Positions 19,054 through 29,046 of a stretch of 64,000 nt of DNA are shown piece by piece; the stretch's first letter is position 1, and each line of letters opens with the position of its first letter. A program made the translations under genes and the position numbers. The DNA is from Patescibacteria group bacterium. GTDB taxonomy: Bacteria > Patescibacteriota > UBA1384 > XYA2-FULL-43-10 > 1-14-0-10-43-13. The notes beneath the pieces were generated by a model, which was given only the letters and a program-made list of their open reading frames with translations, was not told where the DNA came from and searched no databases. The stretch covers positions 2,040 to 66,039 of the forward strand of contig JBAYVE010000003.1 in NCBI GenBank assembly GCA_041674765.1. The letters run 5' to 3'.

Positions 19054-19368
19054 ATGATACTAACTAAAATTATTATGATCTCAATGTTAAATGATAAATT
19101 TAGAAAGAGCGGGTTCGGAGTTACCTTAACTTGCGGAGTGCAATCAGTCACTGATTTGAATGGCTTAATGAGAGCGATTCGAGAGTATGACAACTTTACA
19201 GAGGATAACGATCCGTACGGCGAGCACGACTTCGGTAAGCTAGATTGGAACGGCGATAAAGTCTTTTGGAAGATTGATTACTACAATGAGACATTCGACG
19301 CTTGGGAGGATCCGCTCACTGCTAAGTGCAGACGCGTGATGACTGTGATGCTCGCTGATGAATATTAG
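19054..19368 (+). CDS. DUF3768-like protein, copy 1 (start may be 19084)
   Basis: NDPYGEHDFG...FWKIDYY...RVMTVMLADEY. Confidence 0.8.
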   Translation: MILTKIIMISMLNDKFRKSGFGVTLTCGVQSVTDLNGLMRAIREYDNFTEDNDPYGEHDFGKLDWNGDKVFWKIDYYNETFDAWEDPLTAKCRRVMTVMLADEY

Positions 19369-19376
19369 GTTACTTG

Positions 19377-19409
19377 GGCCTGGGAGTTTATAAGATTCTC
19401 AGGCCTTTT
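19377..19409 (+). terminator. Terminator after DUF3768 copy 1
   Basis: GGCCTGGGAG...TTCTCAGGCC-TTTT. Confidence 0.7.
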
Positions 19410-19443
19410 ATTTTTCACTATAAATTAATAATATAAGGAGATT

Positions 19444-19761
19444 ATGAATCAAGAAGATAAATTTCAAGAAATGGCTAGAAGGAACGATGTCGCAAGGAAG
19501 TTGGGACTTGGACTTACGGTTACCAAGAAAGCAGCTGAACTTCCGGATTTAGAAGAGTTACTTTACGCAGTCCGATCATTTAACAAATTTAGTACGAAGG
19601 ATGACCCCTACGGTTGGCATGATCTGGGTAGGCTTGAATGGAGAGATCAAAGCGTTCTTTGGAAGATTGATTATTATGATCCGACACTTCACTATTTTGC
19701 AGATCCACTATCTGATGATTGCAAGAGAGTTATTACGGTGATGTTAGCTAGCGAGTACTAA
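19444..19761 (+). CDS. DUF3768-like protein, copy 2
   Basis: DDPYGWHDLG...LWKIDYY...RVITVMLASEY; AAGGAG RBS. Confidence 0.8.
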   Translation: MNQEDKFQEMARRNDVARKLGLGLTVTKKAAELPDLEELLYAVRSFNKFSTKDDPYGWHDLGRLEWRDQSVLWKIDYYDPTLHYFADPLSDDCKRVITVMLASEY

Positions 19762-19771
19762 GAATATTTTT

Positions 19772-19805
19772 AGCCCGGGAGTCATATCGATTCTCGGGCT
19801 TTTTT
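19772..19805 (+). terminator. Terminator after DUF3768 copy 2
   Basis: AGCCCGGGAG...TTCTCGGGCT-TTTTT; related to the copy 1 terminator. Confidence 0.75.
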
Positions 19806-19809
19806 GTGT

Positions 19810-20451
19810 CTAGTTTGTGATTGACCATTTAGAATTAGGCTCGGTCGGCGGGTACAGATATACTGGTTTTGTTAATGCGGTATCCACCTCTAAAACAATC
19901 CATGTTTCTTTTGTCTCATTTGGTTGAATTAAGAGATCTCTATTATCAAAAGTATAACTTTCGCCGAGTTGTTTTACGTATTCATCGCCAGCAAACGGAT
20001 ATACATCGATTGCCTGTGCAGGGTTATCATTTGTAGCTAGCCAGCCCATTTTTCTACCGAAGTACTTATTGTCACCAGTATTGTTTGTTACTGAGAATTT
20101 CAGTCCAACAATATTTCTTTCATTTTCTTTCAGCAATCCGTTTTTATTATTTGATGGTAGCGTAGCAATGTTTTTCTCCTCGAGCAGTTTAAGCTTTAGG
20201 TCACCAAGATTCGCTTCATTGCCAACACCCTTTATATGTGACAAGTCAATTTTCAATGCATTTTGCTGAGCGGCAACTTCTTCGGTATGCTTTTTTGCAT
20301 CAATTTTTTGTCTTGTATCCTTAATTTTTGAATAACCCCAATATCCAGCTGCAACTAAAATTATTAAAAGGATGATTGTTAAGAAGATTAATAAAATACT
20401 TTTTATTAAAATGGTTACTTTTTTATCAACTGCGTCTAAGTCTTTTTTCAT
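19810..20451 (-). CDS. Membrane-anchored surface protein (DUF4352-like)
   Basis: N-terminal TM segment, then KFSVTN...IQPNETKETWIVLEV. Confidence 0.55.
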   Translation of the reverse strand: MKKDLDAVDKKVTILIKSILLIFLTIILLIILVAAGYWGYSKIKDTRQKIDAKKHTEEVAAQQNALKIDLSHIKGVGNEANLGDLKLKLLEEKNIATLPSNNKNGLLKENERNIVGLKFSVTNNTGDNKYFGRKMGWLATNDNPAQAIDVYPFAGDEYVKQLGESYTFDNRDLLIQPNETKETWIVLEVDTALTKPVYLYPPTEPNSKWSITN

Positions 20452-20481
20452 GCTTTCCTATCCTTTGTTGTTATTGCTTAA

Positions 20482-21246
20482 TTATAGAATAGTTGAAACA
20501 GAATTGCTAACAATATCATCCTTGGCAACAATAATTATTTTAATATTTTCCATTTCCTCATTTTCAGTAAGCATTCTTTTCGTGAACTTCCTGATTTGGG
20601 TTATTAATTCAATTTCACAGATTAAAATAACTATCGGGAAATCTTCGCCAGTATTATCTTCCCAGCTGTTTGAAAAGTAAAAATCAAAGTAATTTTTAAT
20701 TCTTTTTCTAATTGAGTATGTTGGCAAGTTAGATTCGAATAACTCAACGAGGTAATGTTTTCTTTTGCAACCTTCCGCTTTTTCAATCACTAGATCAAAA
20801 GTGGTTTCGGTTAAAAAATAGTAATCCGAGCTGAGACTAGAAAAGCCGGAACTCGTTGTTACTTTATATGATACATTCTCATCACTCTTATTCCTAAAAT
20901 TAATAAAAATATCGCCGATCAATTGGCATTTGGTGATACAAGAGTCTTTGCGATCTTTTTCCCGATGCAGTTTCTTGAGCTGCTCTTTAGAACAATCAAT
21001 TAATGTCTTAATGAGTTTTATTCCGTTTGGTCCCATGTAGTAAACAGCCGGTTTAGTTCTCTCTATATATTTTTCGCAATAGTTTCTGTTTAGGTATTCT
21101 TTTTCTGTTAGGTCTTTAAGCCATTCGTTTATTAGTCTGTAATCTTTGTGTTTTAGGAGAGCTTGAATTTGGATCCGGTTTAGGAATCTGAAGTGATAGA
21201 TATATTTAAGTATTTCTTGTTGTTTGTTTGTTATTTTAGGTATCAT
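20482..21246 (-). CDS. Replication-relaxation family protein (putative relaxase)
   Basis: N-terminal wHTH (ILKYIYHFRFLNRIQIQ), C-terminal D...LVE nuclease-like fold; next to VirD4. Confidence 0.7.
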   Translation of the reverse strand: MIPKITNKQQEILKYIYHFRFLNRIQIQALLKHKDYRLINEWLKDLTEKEYLNRNYCEKYIERTKPAVYYMGPNGIKLIKTLIDCSKEQLKKLHREKDRKDSCITKCQLIGDIFINFRNKSDENVSYKVTTSSGFSSLSSDYYFLTETTFDLVIEKAEGCKRKHYLVELFESNLPTYSIRKRIKNYFDFYFSNSWEDNTGEDFPIVILICEIELITQIRKFTKRMLTENEEMENIKIIIVAKDDIVSNSVSTIL

Positions 21247-21374
21247 ATTTTTTTTGAGGGAGCATTACTTTTTTATTTTCCCTTACACCTACCATACCAT
21301 ATGTATATGTAATGGTAAGTGGACAATATTTTGTAATTTTGATCTTAAAATAGGTCTCTTTTTATCCTAGCCTG

Positions 21375-24044
21375 CTAGGATAATTCTGCAAACTGATTAG
21401 TCTCTTTTGAGGAGACTTTCTGCGCCTTCTTTACAGCCTTTTTCTTTGTAGTTTTTACCTTAACCTCTGGCTTAGGTTTACTGGATTCATCCAGCCGACC
21501 AGTAAAGAGTTTGTCCAAATACTCTTCGACTTCTTGTCGAGGAGTAGCATTGTGTTTTCTGGAATGTTTCAGGACTTCTTCTTTTATGATTCTACTTGGT
21601 TCATTATCCAGTGGTACAGTCACGCCAGAAAAGGCATTCTCACTTTTCTCGTTCGTGAGCTTCATAAAGAAGCGGTATGGAGGGAGATTTACGATATCTC
21701 CCTTTTCAACTTCCGGCTCCATGAAGGGCAGGATAAACTTCTCGTCATCAGGACTGGCCTTGAGACAAATAATTGTATTTGCATTGCCGGCGACAACTTT
21801 TAGAATATGCTGGTCTTCGACTTGAGCAATGTTTTGGTGAGAAGCAATCAAAGAAACATGGTATTTTCTGCCTTCTGAGGTAATCTCCGAAAACCGAGGG
21901 GTAGCAAAGTTTTGAAACTCATCAACATAAAGAAAGAAATCTCTGCGTTCTTTCTCCGGTATCTTTGTTCTCTGATAAGCGGCCATCCAGATGAGGGAAG
22001 TCAAAACAGTACCAAAGAAGAAGCTCATATCCTCGCCCAGATCGCCCTTGGATAGGTTTACAAGCAATATCTTGCCTTCATCCATAATTTGGCTAACGCT
22101 GACCGTACTCTTCTCCTGCAAAAGAATGTGGCGAGACATTTTGGTAGTAATGAAATTGCCTAGTCTCTGGGTTAGTGGAGCAGTCACGCTTGATAACTGC
22201 ATCGTGCCCAAAAGGGCGAATTCCTTATTCCAAAACTGTTTTAATACTGGATCCTTTAGATTAGCGGCAACTTTCTTTTGATAGCCTTTATCAGTCAACA
22301 ATCTTTGCAATGTAAAAAGGCTTGGATTTTCGGTATGTAATGCCGTAAGAGTTGTATTCCTTAAGATATGCTCCATTCTCGGACCCCAATATTCTTTGGC
22401 AGTAATTTTGGCAAACACACCCAAGACCGAGCTTGTGATCCATTCCTGCTCATCCTCTTTATCGGTAAATTTGATGCCAGGGGCAAGAATATTCAAACCA
22501 ATCGGCCATTGTCGATCAGAGGGGTCGAAAACTATTACATCTTCCTTTCTGTTTTCTGGAATGATTTCTAGGAGTTCCTGCAAGAGATCGCCATGCGGAT
22601 CGAAAACGGCCAAGCCTTTGCCGTTTAGCATGTCCTGATAGATGGCGTTTTTAAGCAAGGTAGTTTTGCCCATGCCAGTTTTACCGATGATATACATGTG
22701 CTTTTGGCGCTGTTCTAGTGTTAAACCAATTGGGACATTACCGTTATCGTATTTGTTCACACCAAAGATTACATCGTAATTATTATCGGTTTGGCGAAGT
22801 GATAAAGGTGCTGGCAGTTCTCTGCTTTTCACTCTCATTAGGTCAGGTGTATCGGAATCAGCCCGAAATGGGAAATGATAGAGGGCCGATATCTCCGAAG
22901 TCGAAAGAATCATCGATGATGAAACAAGATGATATTTAAACTGCCATAGTCTAATCCTCTGGCTAATGTTGCCGAGCAAATTTATTTTAGTAGTTATACT
23001 TTGTCCAGTTGAGTGCCTGTAACAAGCAAACGAAGAGATTAGTCCTTTCTGTCTTTCTTTTAATTGATGCTTATTTGTCACAATCAACGCCCTGATTGAG
23101 GTCTCAAAGAGCGGTTGTGAAAGCTTGGTCTTCACAAAGCCTTCAATTTCTTTTGATTCTGGAGTGGATGCAATCTTTGTCTTTGATCTTTCCGGCAATT
23201 TGCCTTCATTCCCTGTCACAAATTCAGCAGCAACAAGCAAAGGCATTACAGCGATTTTGGCAACGCTATCTAAAATATTTGCCAACACTGAAAAGAGATC
23301 GATCTTACCCTTACCACTTAGCCATTCGACAAACCGATCGCGTTTGATCGAAAGTTTTATTTCTTGGATTTTATCCCTAGTTAATCGTTGTTCTATTCGA
23401 TTTAACGGTTTTAAGACTATTTGGATGACGGCGAGTTCATCCTCTTCAAGTTTGCCCATATTATTTACCATATATGCCAACGGGTCATGCTTTTTTAGAT
23501 CTTTGTGTTCGCCGATTGGAAAGGCAAAATGTTTAGAGAGCTTAAAATCTAAAACTTTCACCTCTTTTTTCTCGATATCGGTTTCGACTAGATAATCGGA
23601 TGTTTTCTTAATCTGGATGCCTGGTATATAAGTGCGTAAATTAGTTTCGAAAGAGTTAACTAAATCATCAGGCATTCGAATTAAAAACCGGATGCCTTTT
23701 TCTTTGGTAGAAACAATCTCAAATGATGCTATTATTTGCCTAAGCAAAATTTTATCAATCCATGAGTTATTGTCCAAAAGATCGTTGATGAGATTAAAGA
23801 GCTGAGTAGTCGAGATCGCTGTAATTTCAGTTTCTTTAGGAGGAGTAATCTCCAAGAAAACAGATGATTCTTTGAGCTGGCGAATCAGAATTATTAATTT
23901 AAAAATGACCGCAAGGACAATCCAGGCGGACACAATATATGCAAGATAAACTAGTACTTGAATTGCAATTTGATCGAAATGGTATCGATTAAAAAGTTGA
24001 GTGATCTGATCTAAAGTTGGTGTTTCTGTTGGCGCTAAATGCAC
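21375..24044 (-). CDS. Type IV coupling protein (VirD4/TraG/TrwB-like)
   Basis: HMYIIGKTGMGKT, FDPHGD, YVDEFQNF, SEGRKY; N-terminal TM segment. Confidence 0.88.
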   Translation of the reverse strand: MHLAPTETPTLDQITQLFNRYHFDQIAIQVLVYLAYIVSAWIVLAVIFKLIILIRQLKESSVFLEITPPKETEITAISTTQLFNLINDLLDNNSWIDKILLRQIIASFEIVSTKEKGIRFLIRMPDDLVNSFETNLRTYIPGIQIKKTSDYLVETDIEKKEVKVLDFKLSKHFAFPIGEHKDLKKHDPLAYMVNNMGKLEEDELAVIQIVLKPLNRIEQRLTRDKIQEIKLSIKRDRFVEWLSGKGKIDLFSVLANILDSVAKIAVMPLLVAAEFVTGNEGKLPERSKTKIASTPESKEIEGFVKTKLSQPLFETSIRALIVTNKHQLKERQKGLISSFACYRHSTGQSITTKINLLGNISQRIRLWQFKYHLVSSSMILSTSEISALYHFPFRADSDTPDLMRVKSRELPAPLSLRQTDNNYDVIFGVNKYDNGNVPIGLTLEQRQKHMYIIGKTGMGKTTLLKNAIYQDMLNGKGLAVFDPHGDLLQELLEIIPENRKEDVIVFDPSDRQWPIGLNILAPGIKFTDKEDEQEWITSSVLGVFAKITAKEYWGPRMEHILRNTTLTALHTENPSLFTLQRLLTDKGYQKKVAANLKDPVLKQFWNKEFALLGTMQLSSVTAPLTQRLGNFITTKMSRHILLQEKSTVSVSQIMDEGKILLVNLSKGDLGEDMSFFFGTVLTSLIWMAAYQRTKIPEKERRDFFLYVDEFQNFATPRFSEITSEGRKYHVSLIASHQNIAQVEDQHILKVVAGNANTIICLKASPDDEKFILPFMEPEVEKGDIVNLPPYRFFMKLTNEKSENAFSGVTVPLDNEPSRIIKEEVLKHSRKHNATPRQEVEEYLDKLFTGRLDESSKPKPEVKVKTTKKKAVKKAQKVSSKETNQFAELS

Positions 24045-24318
24045 AATATATCACTTTCTCCCCATCCAATTTAGCAATTCCTTCTTATATTAGGACTATC
24101 ATAATTTTTCATACATTGCAAAGATACTCAAAAAAGAGCTTGCAATACCTATTTATCACAAAAGATATTAAATATTACTTAAGTAAAAATTAATAAGTTT
24201 TTAACCTTTTTTTAATATACTATGACAAACGCTTATTTCTTTAAGAAAGTGTTTATTAACCAACCGCAAAGTGATATGCTAAAGTTAGAAAATTATAAAA
24301 ATATTTGAGGTAACAATC

Positions 24319-26103
24319 ATGCAAAAATATGCCGTCAATCAATACCTGATCGGGAATATCCTAAGCGATGTGCAAATGGGACAGATCGCTATTCCTGAAA
24401 TTCAGCGTCCTTTTGTCTGGGATTCTGTAAAAGTCCGCGATCTGATGGACTCACTATACAAAGGTTTTCCTGTTGGCTATATCATTGCTTGGAAGAACCC
24501 TGATGTTCGTCTTAAAGATGGAACAATCTCATCCGGTAAAAAAGTGTTGATTGATGGACAGCAGCGTGTCACGGCTCTCAGGGCTGCTATTCTTGGCGAA
24601 AAAGTAGTTGATAAGGATTACAAAGAAGTCCGAATCCAGATTGCCTTCAATCCTTTAACCGAAGAGTTTGCTACCGTTACTCCCGCTATCAAGAAAGATA
24701 TTCAGTGGATCCCTGATATCTCTAGCTTTTTAAAGTATGAAGATATCTTCACCGTTGTAGAAGACTATTGTGATAAAAATACCGAGGCAAATCGCAAGCA
24801 AATTGGCGAGCGATTTCAAAAATTGCTTTCTATAAAAAATAAACAGATTGGTTTTATCGAGCTTATGGAAAGCCTCGATATCGAAACAGTAACTGAGATT
24901 TTTATCAGAATTAACTCTAAAGGCGTTGTTCTATCTCAGGCAGATTTCGCTATGAGCAAGATTGCTTCATCTGGCGACTTTGGTGTTAATCTTCGAAAGT
25001 TAATTGATTACTTCTGCCACTTAGCTAGAGAACCAAAGTTTTTCAAACAGATCAGTGAAAATGACTCAGAATTCATCAATACCGGATACCTTGAAAAGAT
25101 TTCATGGCTGAAAGATGCAAACGATGATTTATACGATCCTGATTACTCCGATGTTATCCGCGTTGCTTTCACCAAGAACTTCGAACGTGGGAAACTATCG
25201 GATTTGGTCAGTCTTCTTTCTGGTAGGAACTTTGAGACAAGAGAGTATGAGGAAGCAATTATTAAATCCACTTTCCAAAAACTTGAGAAAGGGCTTCTTG
25301 ATTTTACCAATCAGGCCAACTTCGAAAAATTTGTGATGATCATTAAGTCAACTGGATTCTGTTCCTCAAGCTTGATTAATTCTCAGAATGCACTCAACTT
25401 TGCTTACGCACTATATCTAAAGATGAGAGATCAGAATATTCATCAGGGCATTATAGAAAAAGTTGTTAAGCGATGGTTTGTGATGTCTGTGTTAACAGGG
25501 CGCTATTCCGGCTCTGCAGAATCAACATTTGATTTTGATATCAAGAATATTGTTAAACATGGGGCCGAAGCCTATTTGAAGGAAATCGAAGATTCAACTC
25601 TTTCTGACGGTTTTTGGAATGTTGGCTTAGTCCAAGAATTAGATAAATCGAGTAACTCGAATCCATTCTTAAACGCTTTCTGGGCGGCTCAAATTTACTT
25701 TAACGACGAAGGCTTTCTCTCTAGTGATATTAAAGTCAAGGACATGATTGAATATCGAGGTGATATTCATCATCTTTTCCCGAGGGATTATATCCGCAGA
25801 ACATATTCCTCCAAGAGCGATTACAATCAAATCGCAAATTTTGTCTATCTTCAGCAAGAAATCAACATTGCTATTGGCAACAAATCGCCGAAGGAATACT
25901 TTGGCGAGATTCTAAATCAGATAGAAACCGGCAAACACAAATACGGCAATATTATGGATAGAGACCATCTCAAAGAAAATTTAGCAAAACATTGTATTCC
26001 CGAATTAATTTTTGATGCTACTTCTGATAATTACATGGATTTTCTTGTTGCTCGTCGTAAATTGATGGCTAAGAAAATTGAGAAATATTATAAGAGTCTA
26101 TAA
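24319..26103 (+). CDS. GmrSD-family (DUF262 + HNH-like) modification-dependent restriction endonuclease
   Basis: IPEIQRPFVW, IDGQQR, FIRINSKG; C-terminal DIHHLFP...NQIAN. Confidence 0.85.
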   Translation: MQKYAVNQYLIGNILSDVQMGQIAIPEIQRPFVWDSVKVRDLMDSLYKGFPVGYIIAWKNPDVRLKDGTISSGKKVLIDGQQRVTALRAAILGEKVVDKDYKEVRIQIAFNPLTEEFATVTPAIKKDIQWIPDISSFLKYEDIFTVVEDYCDKNTEANRKQIGERFQKLLSIKNKQIGFIELMESLDIETVTEIFIRINSKGVVLSQADFAMSKIASSGDFGVNLRKLIDYFCHLAREPKFFKQISENDSEFINTGYLEKISWLKDANDDLYDPDYSDVIRVAFTKNFERGKLSDLVSLLSGRNFETREYEEAIIKSTFQKLEKGLLDFTNQANFEKFVMIIKSTGFCSSSLINSQNALNFAYALYLKMRDQNIHQGIIEKVVKRWFVMSVLTGRYSGSAESTFDFDIKNIVKHGAEAYLKEIEDSTLSDGFWNVGLVQELDKSSNSNPFLNAFWAAQIYFNDEGFLSSDIKVKDMIEYRGDIHHLFPRDYIRRTYSSKSDYNQIANFVYLQQEINIAIGNKSPKEYFGEILNQIETGKHKYGNIMDRDHLKENLAKHCIPELIFDATSDNYMDFLVARRKLMAKKIEKYYKSL

Positions 26104-29043
26104 ATGAAGATAACCGATTATCACGCTAAATATTTTGCTTATGAGCTCACCAAACGGTGTGCTTCTGATAGTTTGGAAAAGCTATCATCAACGCTCTCAA
26201 ACGCTCAAGTCGATTTAAACCCACATCAAATAGAGGCAGCTCTTTTTGCCTTCAAATCACCTTTATCAAAAGGCGCGATTCTGGCCGATGAAGTTGGTCT
26301 CGGGAAAACAATTGAAGCTGGACTAGTTCTTTCGCAAAAATGGGCCGAGAGAAAAAGAAAGATACTTCTAATTGTGCCATCCAGTCTTAGAAAGCAGTGG
26401 AATTCAGAGCTCCAAGAAAAGTTTTTCCTTCCTTCAATCATTCTTGAGGCAAAATCATTTAATCAATATATCAAGGACGGTAATCTCAATCCTTTTGATC
26501 AAGATAGCGCCATTATAATTTGTTCCTATCATTTTGCTAAAGCGAAATCACCTTACATCAAGCAAACATCCTTTGATCTGGTTGTTATTGATGAGGCTCA
26601 TAGATTGCGCAATGTATATAAAACAAGCAATAAAATTGCCCGTGAAATAAAAGCGGCCGTTCAAGATTATCCAAAACTGTTACTGACGGCAACTCCGCTT
26701 CAAAACTCGTTACTTGAATTGTATGGATTAACTAGCATCATTGATGATCATATCTTCGGTGATATCAATAGTTTCAAGGCTAACTACGCCAAGGTCTCCA
26801 GAGAACAAGAGACTTACGAAAGCGAACTTGGCTTAGTTACACCTCGGCAAGAAATGTTTGAAGATTTACGAAATCGTCTTAAGCCGATTTGTATTCGCAC
26901 ACTTCGCAGACAGGTATTAGAATATATCAATTACCGTGATCGTAAACCAATTACACAAGACTACATTCCGACCGATCAAGAGATTAAATTGTATGACGGT
27001 ATGTCAGATTATTTGCAACGAGAAAAACTCTACGCTTTGCCATTCAGTCAGCGCCAACTCATGACTCTTATTTTGCGCAAACTTCTTGCATCGTCATCCT
27101 TCGCAATTGCCAGCACCTTGAATGGACTTGTTCATAAACTTGAGAGATTAGAGGATGAAATAAGAGCAGAGGCAGTTTCTCAAGATAGCGATATGACTTT
27201 AGGTCTTGAGGATAACTATGAAGCATATTCCGATACAGCTGATGAATGGATCGATGACGAAGAGGATGATGGTGATAGCGACGAAAAAGAAAAGACAAAA
27301 TTCACTACCAAAGATATTCCTGCCATTCGCGAAGAGAAAAAAGACTTGGAAAAATTCAGGGATCTAGCGAAAGCCATATTCAAGAACTCAAAGGGAGAAT
27401 CTTTGCTAATTGCCTTGGAAAAAGGCTTTGAGATGACCGAAACGCTCGGTGCACAGAAGAAAGCAGTAATTTTTACAGAATCTAAAATCACCCAAGACTA
27501 CCTTTGGAAACTATTATCGGATAGTGGCTACAAAGATAAAATTCTTCTGTTTAATGGCTCGAACAATGATCAGAAATCAAAAGATATTTACGCCGAATGG
27601 CTCAAGGCCAATCAAGTTAGTGATAAAATAACCGGCTCAAAAACAGCCGATCTTCGGGCGGCTCTCGTTGATTATTTCAAAACAGACGCAGAGATTATGA
27701 TTGCTACTGAGGCAGCAGCCGAAGGCATTAATTTACAATTCTGTTCACTCGTTATTAACTATGATCTTCCATGGAACCCGCAAAGAATCGAACAGAGAAT
27801 AGGCCGCTGTCATCGCTACGGCCAGAAACATGATGTTGTAGTTGTAAACTTCGTCAATCGTAAGAATGCCGCCGATCAAAGGGTTTACGAGCTTCTCGAT
27901 CAGAAATTCCAGCTTTTCAAAGGCGTGTTCGGAGCAAGCGATGAAGTACTTGGTTGCATTGAGTCAGGCGTAGACTTTGAAAAAAGAATTGCCGCAATTT
28001 ATCAATCTTGCCGCACCGAAGAAGAGATCAACTCGGCATTTGACGCGTTGCAATCTGAAATGGATGAATCAATTCAAGAAGGTATTCGTGGCGCAAAAGA
28101 AAAACTATTGGAAAACTTTGATGCCGATGTACATGAAAAACTAAAAATAAATTTGCGTGAAAGCAAGGCATTTCTGGAAACTTATGAAAAATGGCTTTGG
28201 GACATTTCTCAATATTATCTTGGCGATAAAGCAAATTATGCTGAGAACGAATACTCTTTCACACTTAAACAGAATCCTTTTCCAAGAGAAGAGATTGAGG
28301 AAGGTCCTTATAAAATTGGTAAAAATATAGATGATGCTCATATTTACCGCCCAGGTCATCCCCTCGCCGAAAGAATACTACGAGAAGTAAAATCGCGAGA
28401 GCTTTCTGATGCTGAGGTAACTTTTGATTATTCTAATCATGGTCAGATCATTTCCCCAATAAAAGAACTGGTCGGTACTAGTGGCATTATACAGGTGTCT
28501 GAATTATCAATTGATTCTTTTGAAACAGAAGACAATATTTTAGTTACTGCCGTGAAAGATAATGGTGATCTAATTGAAGAAGATATCGCTAAAAAATTAT
28601 TCCTTCTTGACGCTGAGATAAATAACAGCAATATAGATTTAGTAAACGATGGAATCGGTGATAAGGAACAAGAAAAGGCGAATACTCTCACGGCGAGTAT
28701 TGCAGAACGCAACAGCGAGTTCTTTGACGACGAGGTGGACAAGCTCGACAAATGGGCGGAAGATATAAAAAAGAGTCTTGAGATAGAACTTAAGCGTATG
28801 GATATCGATATTAAAGCAGCTAAAACGAATGCTAAAAAGGTTCTAAATCTTCAGGAAAAAATCAAAATCCAGCGTGAAATAAAGGATTCGGAAAAGAAAA
28901 GAAACGACTTACGGCAGAAGCTTTATCAGGCCCAAGATCAAGTGGACACCAAAAAAGAAGAACTACTTGAGAAAGTTGAGGCTCAACTGAAACAGAAAAC
29001 CACACTTACAAAATTATTCACTCTAAAATATAAGGTAATTTAA
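26104..29043 (+). CDS. SNF2-family helicase associated with type III RM
   Basis: LADEVGLGKT, DEAH, LTATP, EGINLQ, EQRIGRCHRYGQ; C-terminal coiled coil. Confidence 0.9.
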   Translation: MKITDYHAKYFAYELTKRCASDSLEKLSSTLSNAQVDLNPHQIEAALFAFKSPLSKGAILADEVGLGKTIEAGLVLSQKWAERKRKILLIVPSSLRKQWNSELQEKFFLPSIILEAKSFNQYIKDGNLNPFDQDSAIIICSYHFAKAKSPYIKQTSFDLVVIDEAHRLRNVYKTSNKIAREIKAAVQDYPKLLLTATPLQNSLLELYGLTSIIDDHIFGDINSFKANYAKVSREQETYESELGLVTPRQEMFEDLRNRLKPICIRTLRRQVLEYINYRDRKPITQDYIPTDQEIKLYDGMSDYLQREKLYALPFSQRQLMTLILRKLLASSSFAIASTLNGLVHKLERLEDEIRAEAVSQDSDMTLGLEDNYEAYSDTADEWIDDEEDDGDSDEKEKTKFTTKDIPAIREEKKDLEKFRDLAKAIFKNSKGESLLIALEKGFEMTETLGAQKKAVIFTESKITQDYLWKLLSDSGYKDKILLFNGSNNDQKSKDIYAEWLKANQVSDKITGSKTADLRAALVDYFKTDAEIMIATEAAAEGINLQFCSLVINYDLPWNPQRIEQRIGRCHRYGQKHDVVVVNFVNRKNAADQRVYELLDQKFQLFKGVFGASDEVLGCIESGVDFEKRIAAIYQSCRTEEEINSAFDALQSEMDESIQEGIRGAKEKLLENFDADVHEKLKINLRESKAFLETYEKWLWDISQYYLGDKANYAENEYSFTLKQNPFPREEIEEGPYKIGKNIDDAHIYRPGHPLAERILREVKSRELSDAEVTFDYSNHGQIISPIKELVGTSGIIQVSELSIDSFETEDNILVTAVKDNGDLIEEDIAKKLFLLDAEINNSNIDLVNDGIGDKEQEKANTLTASIAERNSEFFDDEVDKLDKWAEDIKKSLEIELKRMDIDIKAAKTNAKKVLNLQEKIKIQREIKDSEKKRNDLRQKLYQAQDQVDTKKEELLEKVEAQLKQKTTLTKLFTLKYKVI

Positions 29044-29046
29044 GCC

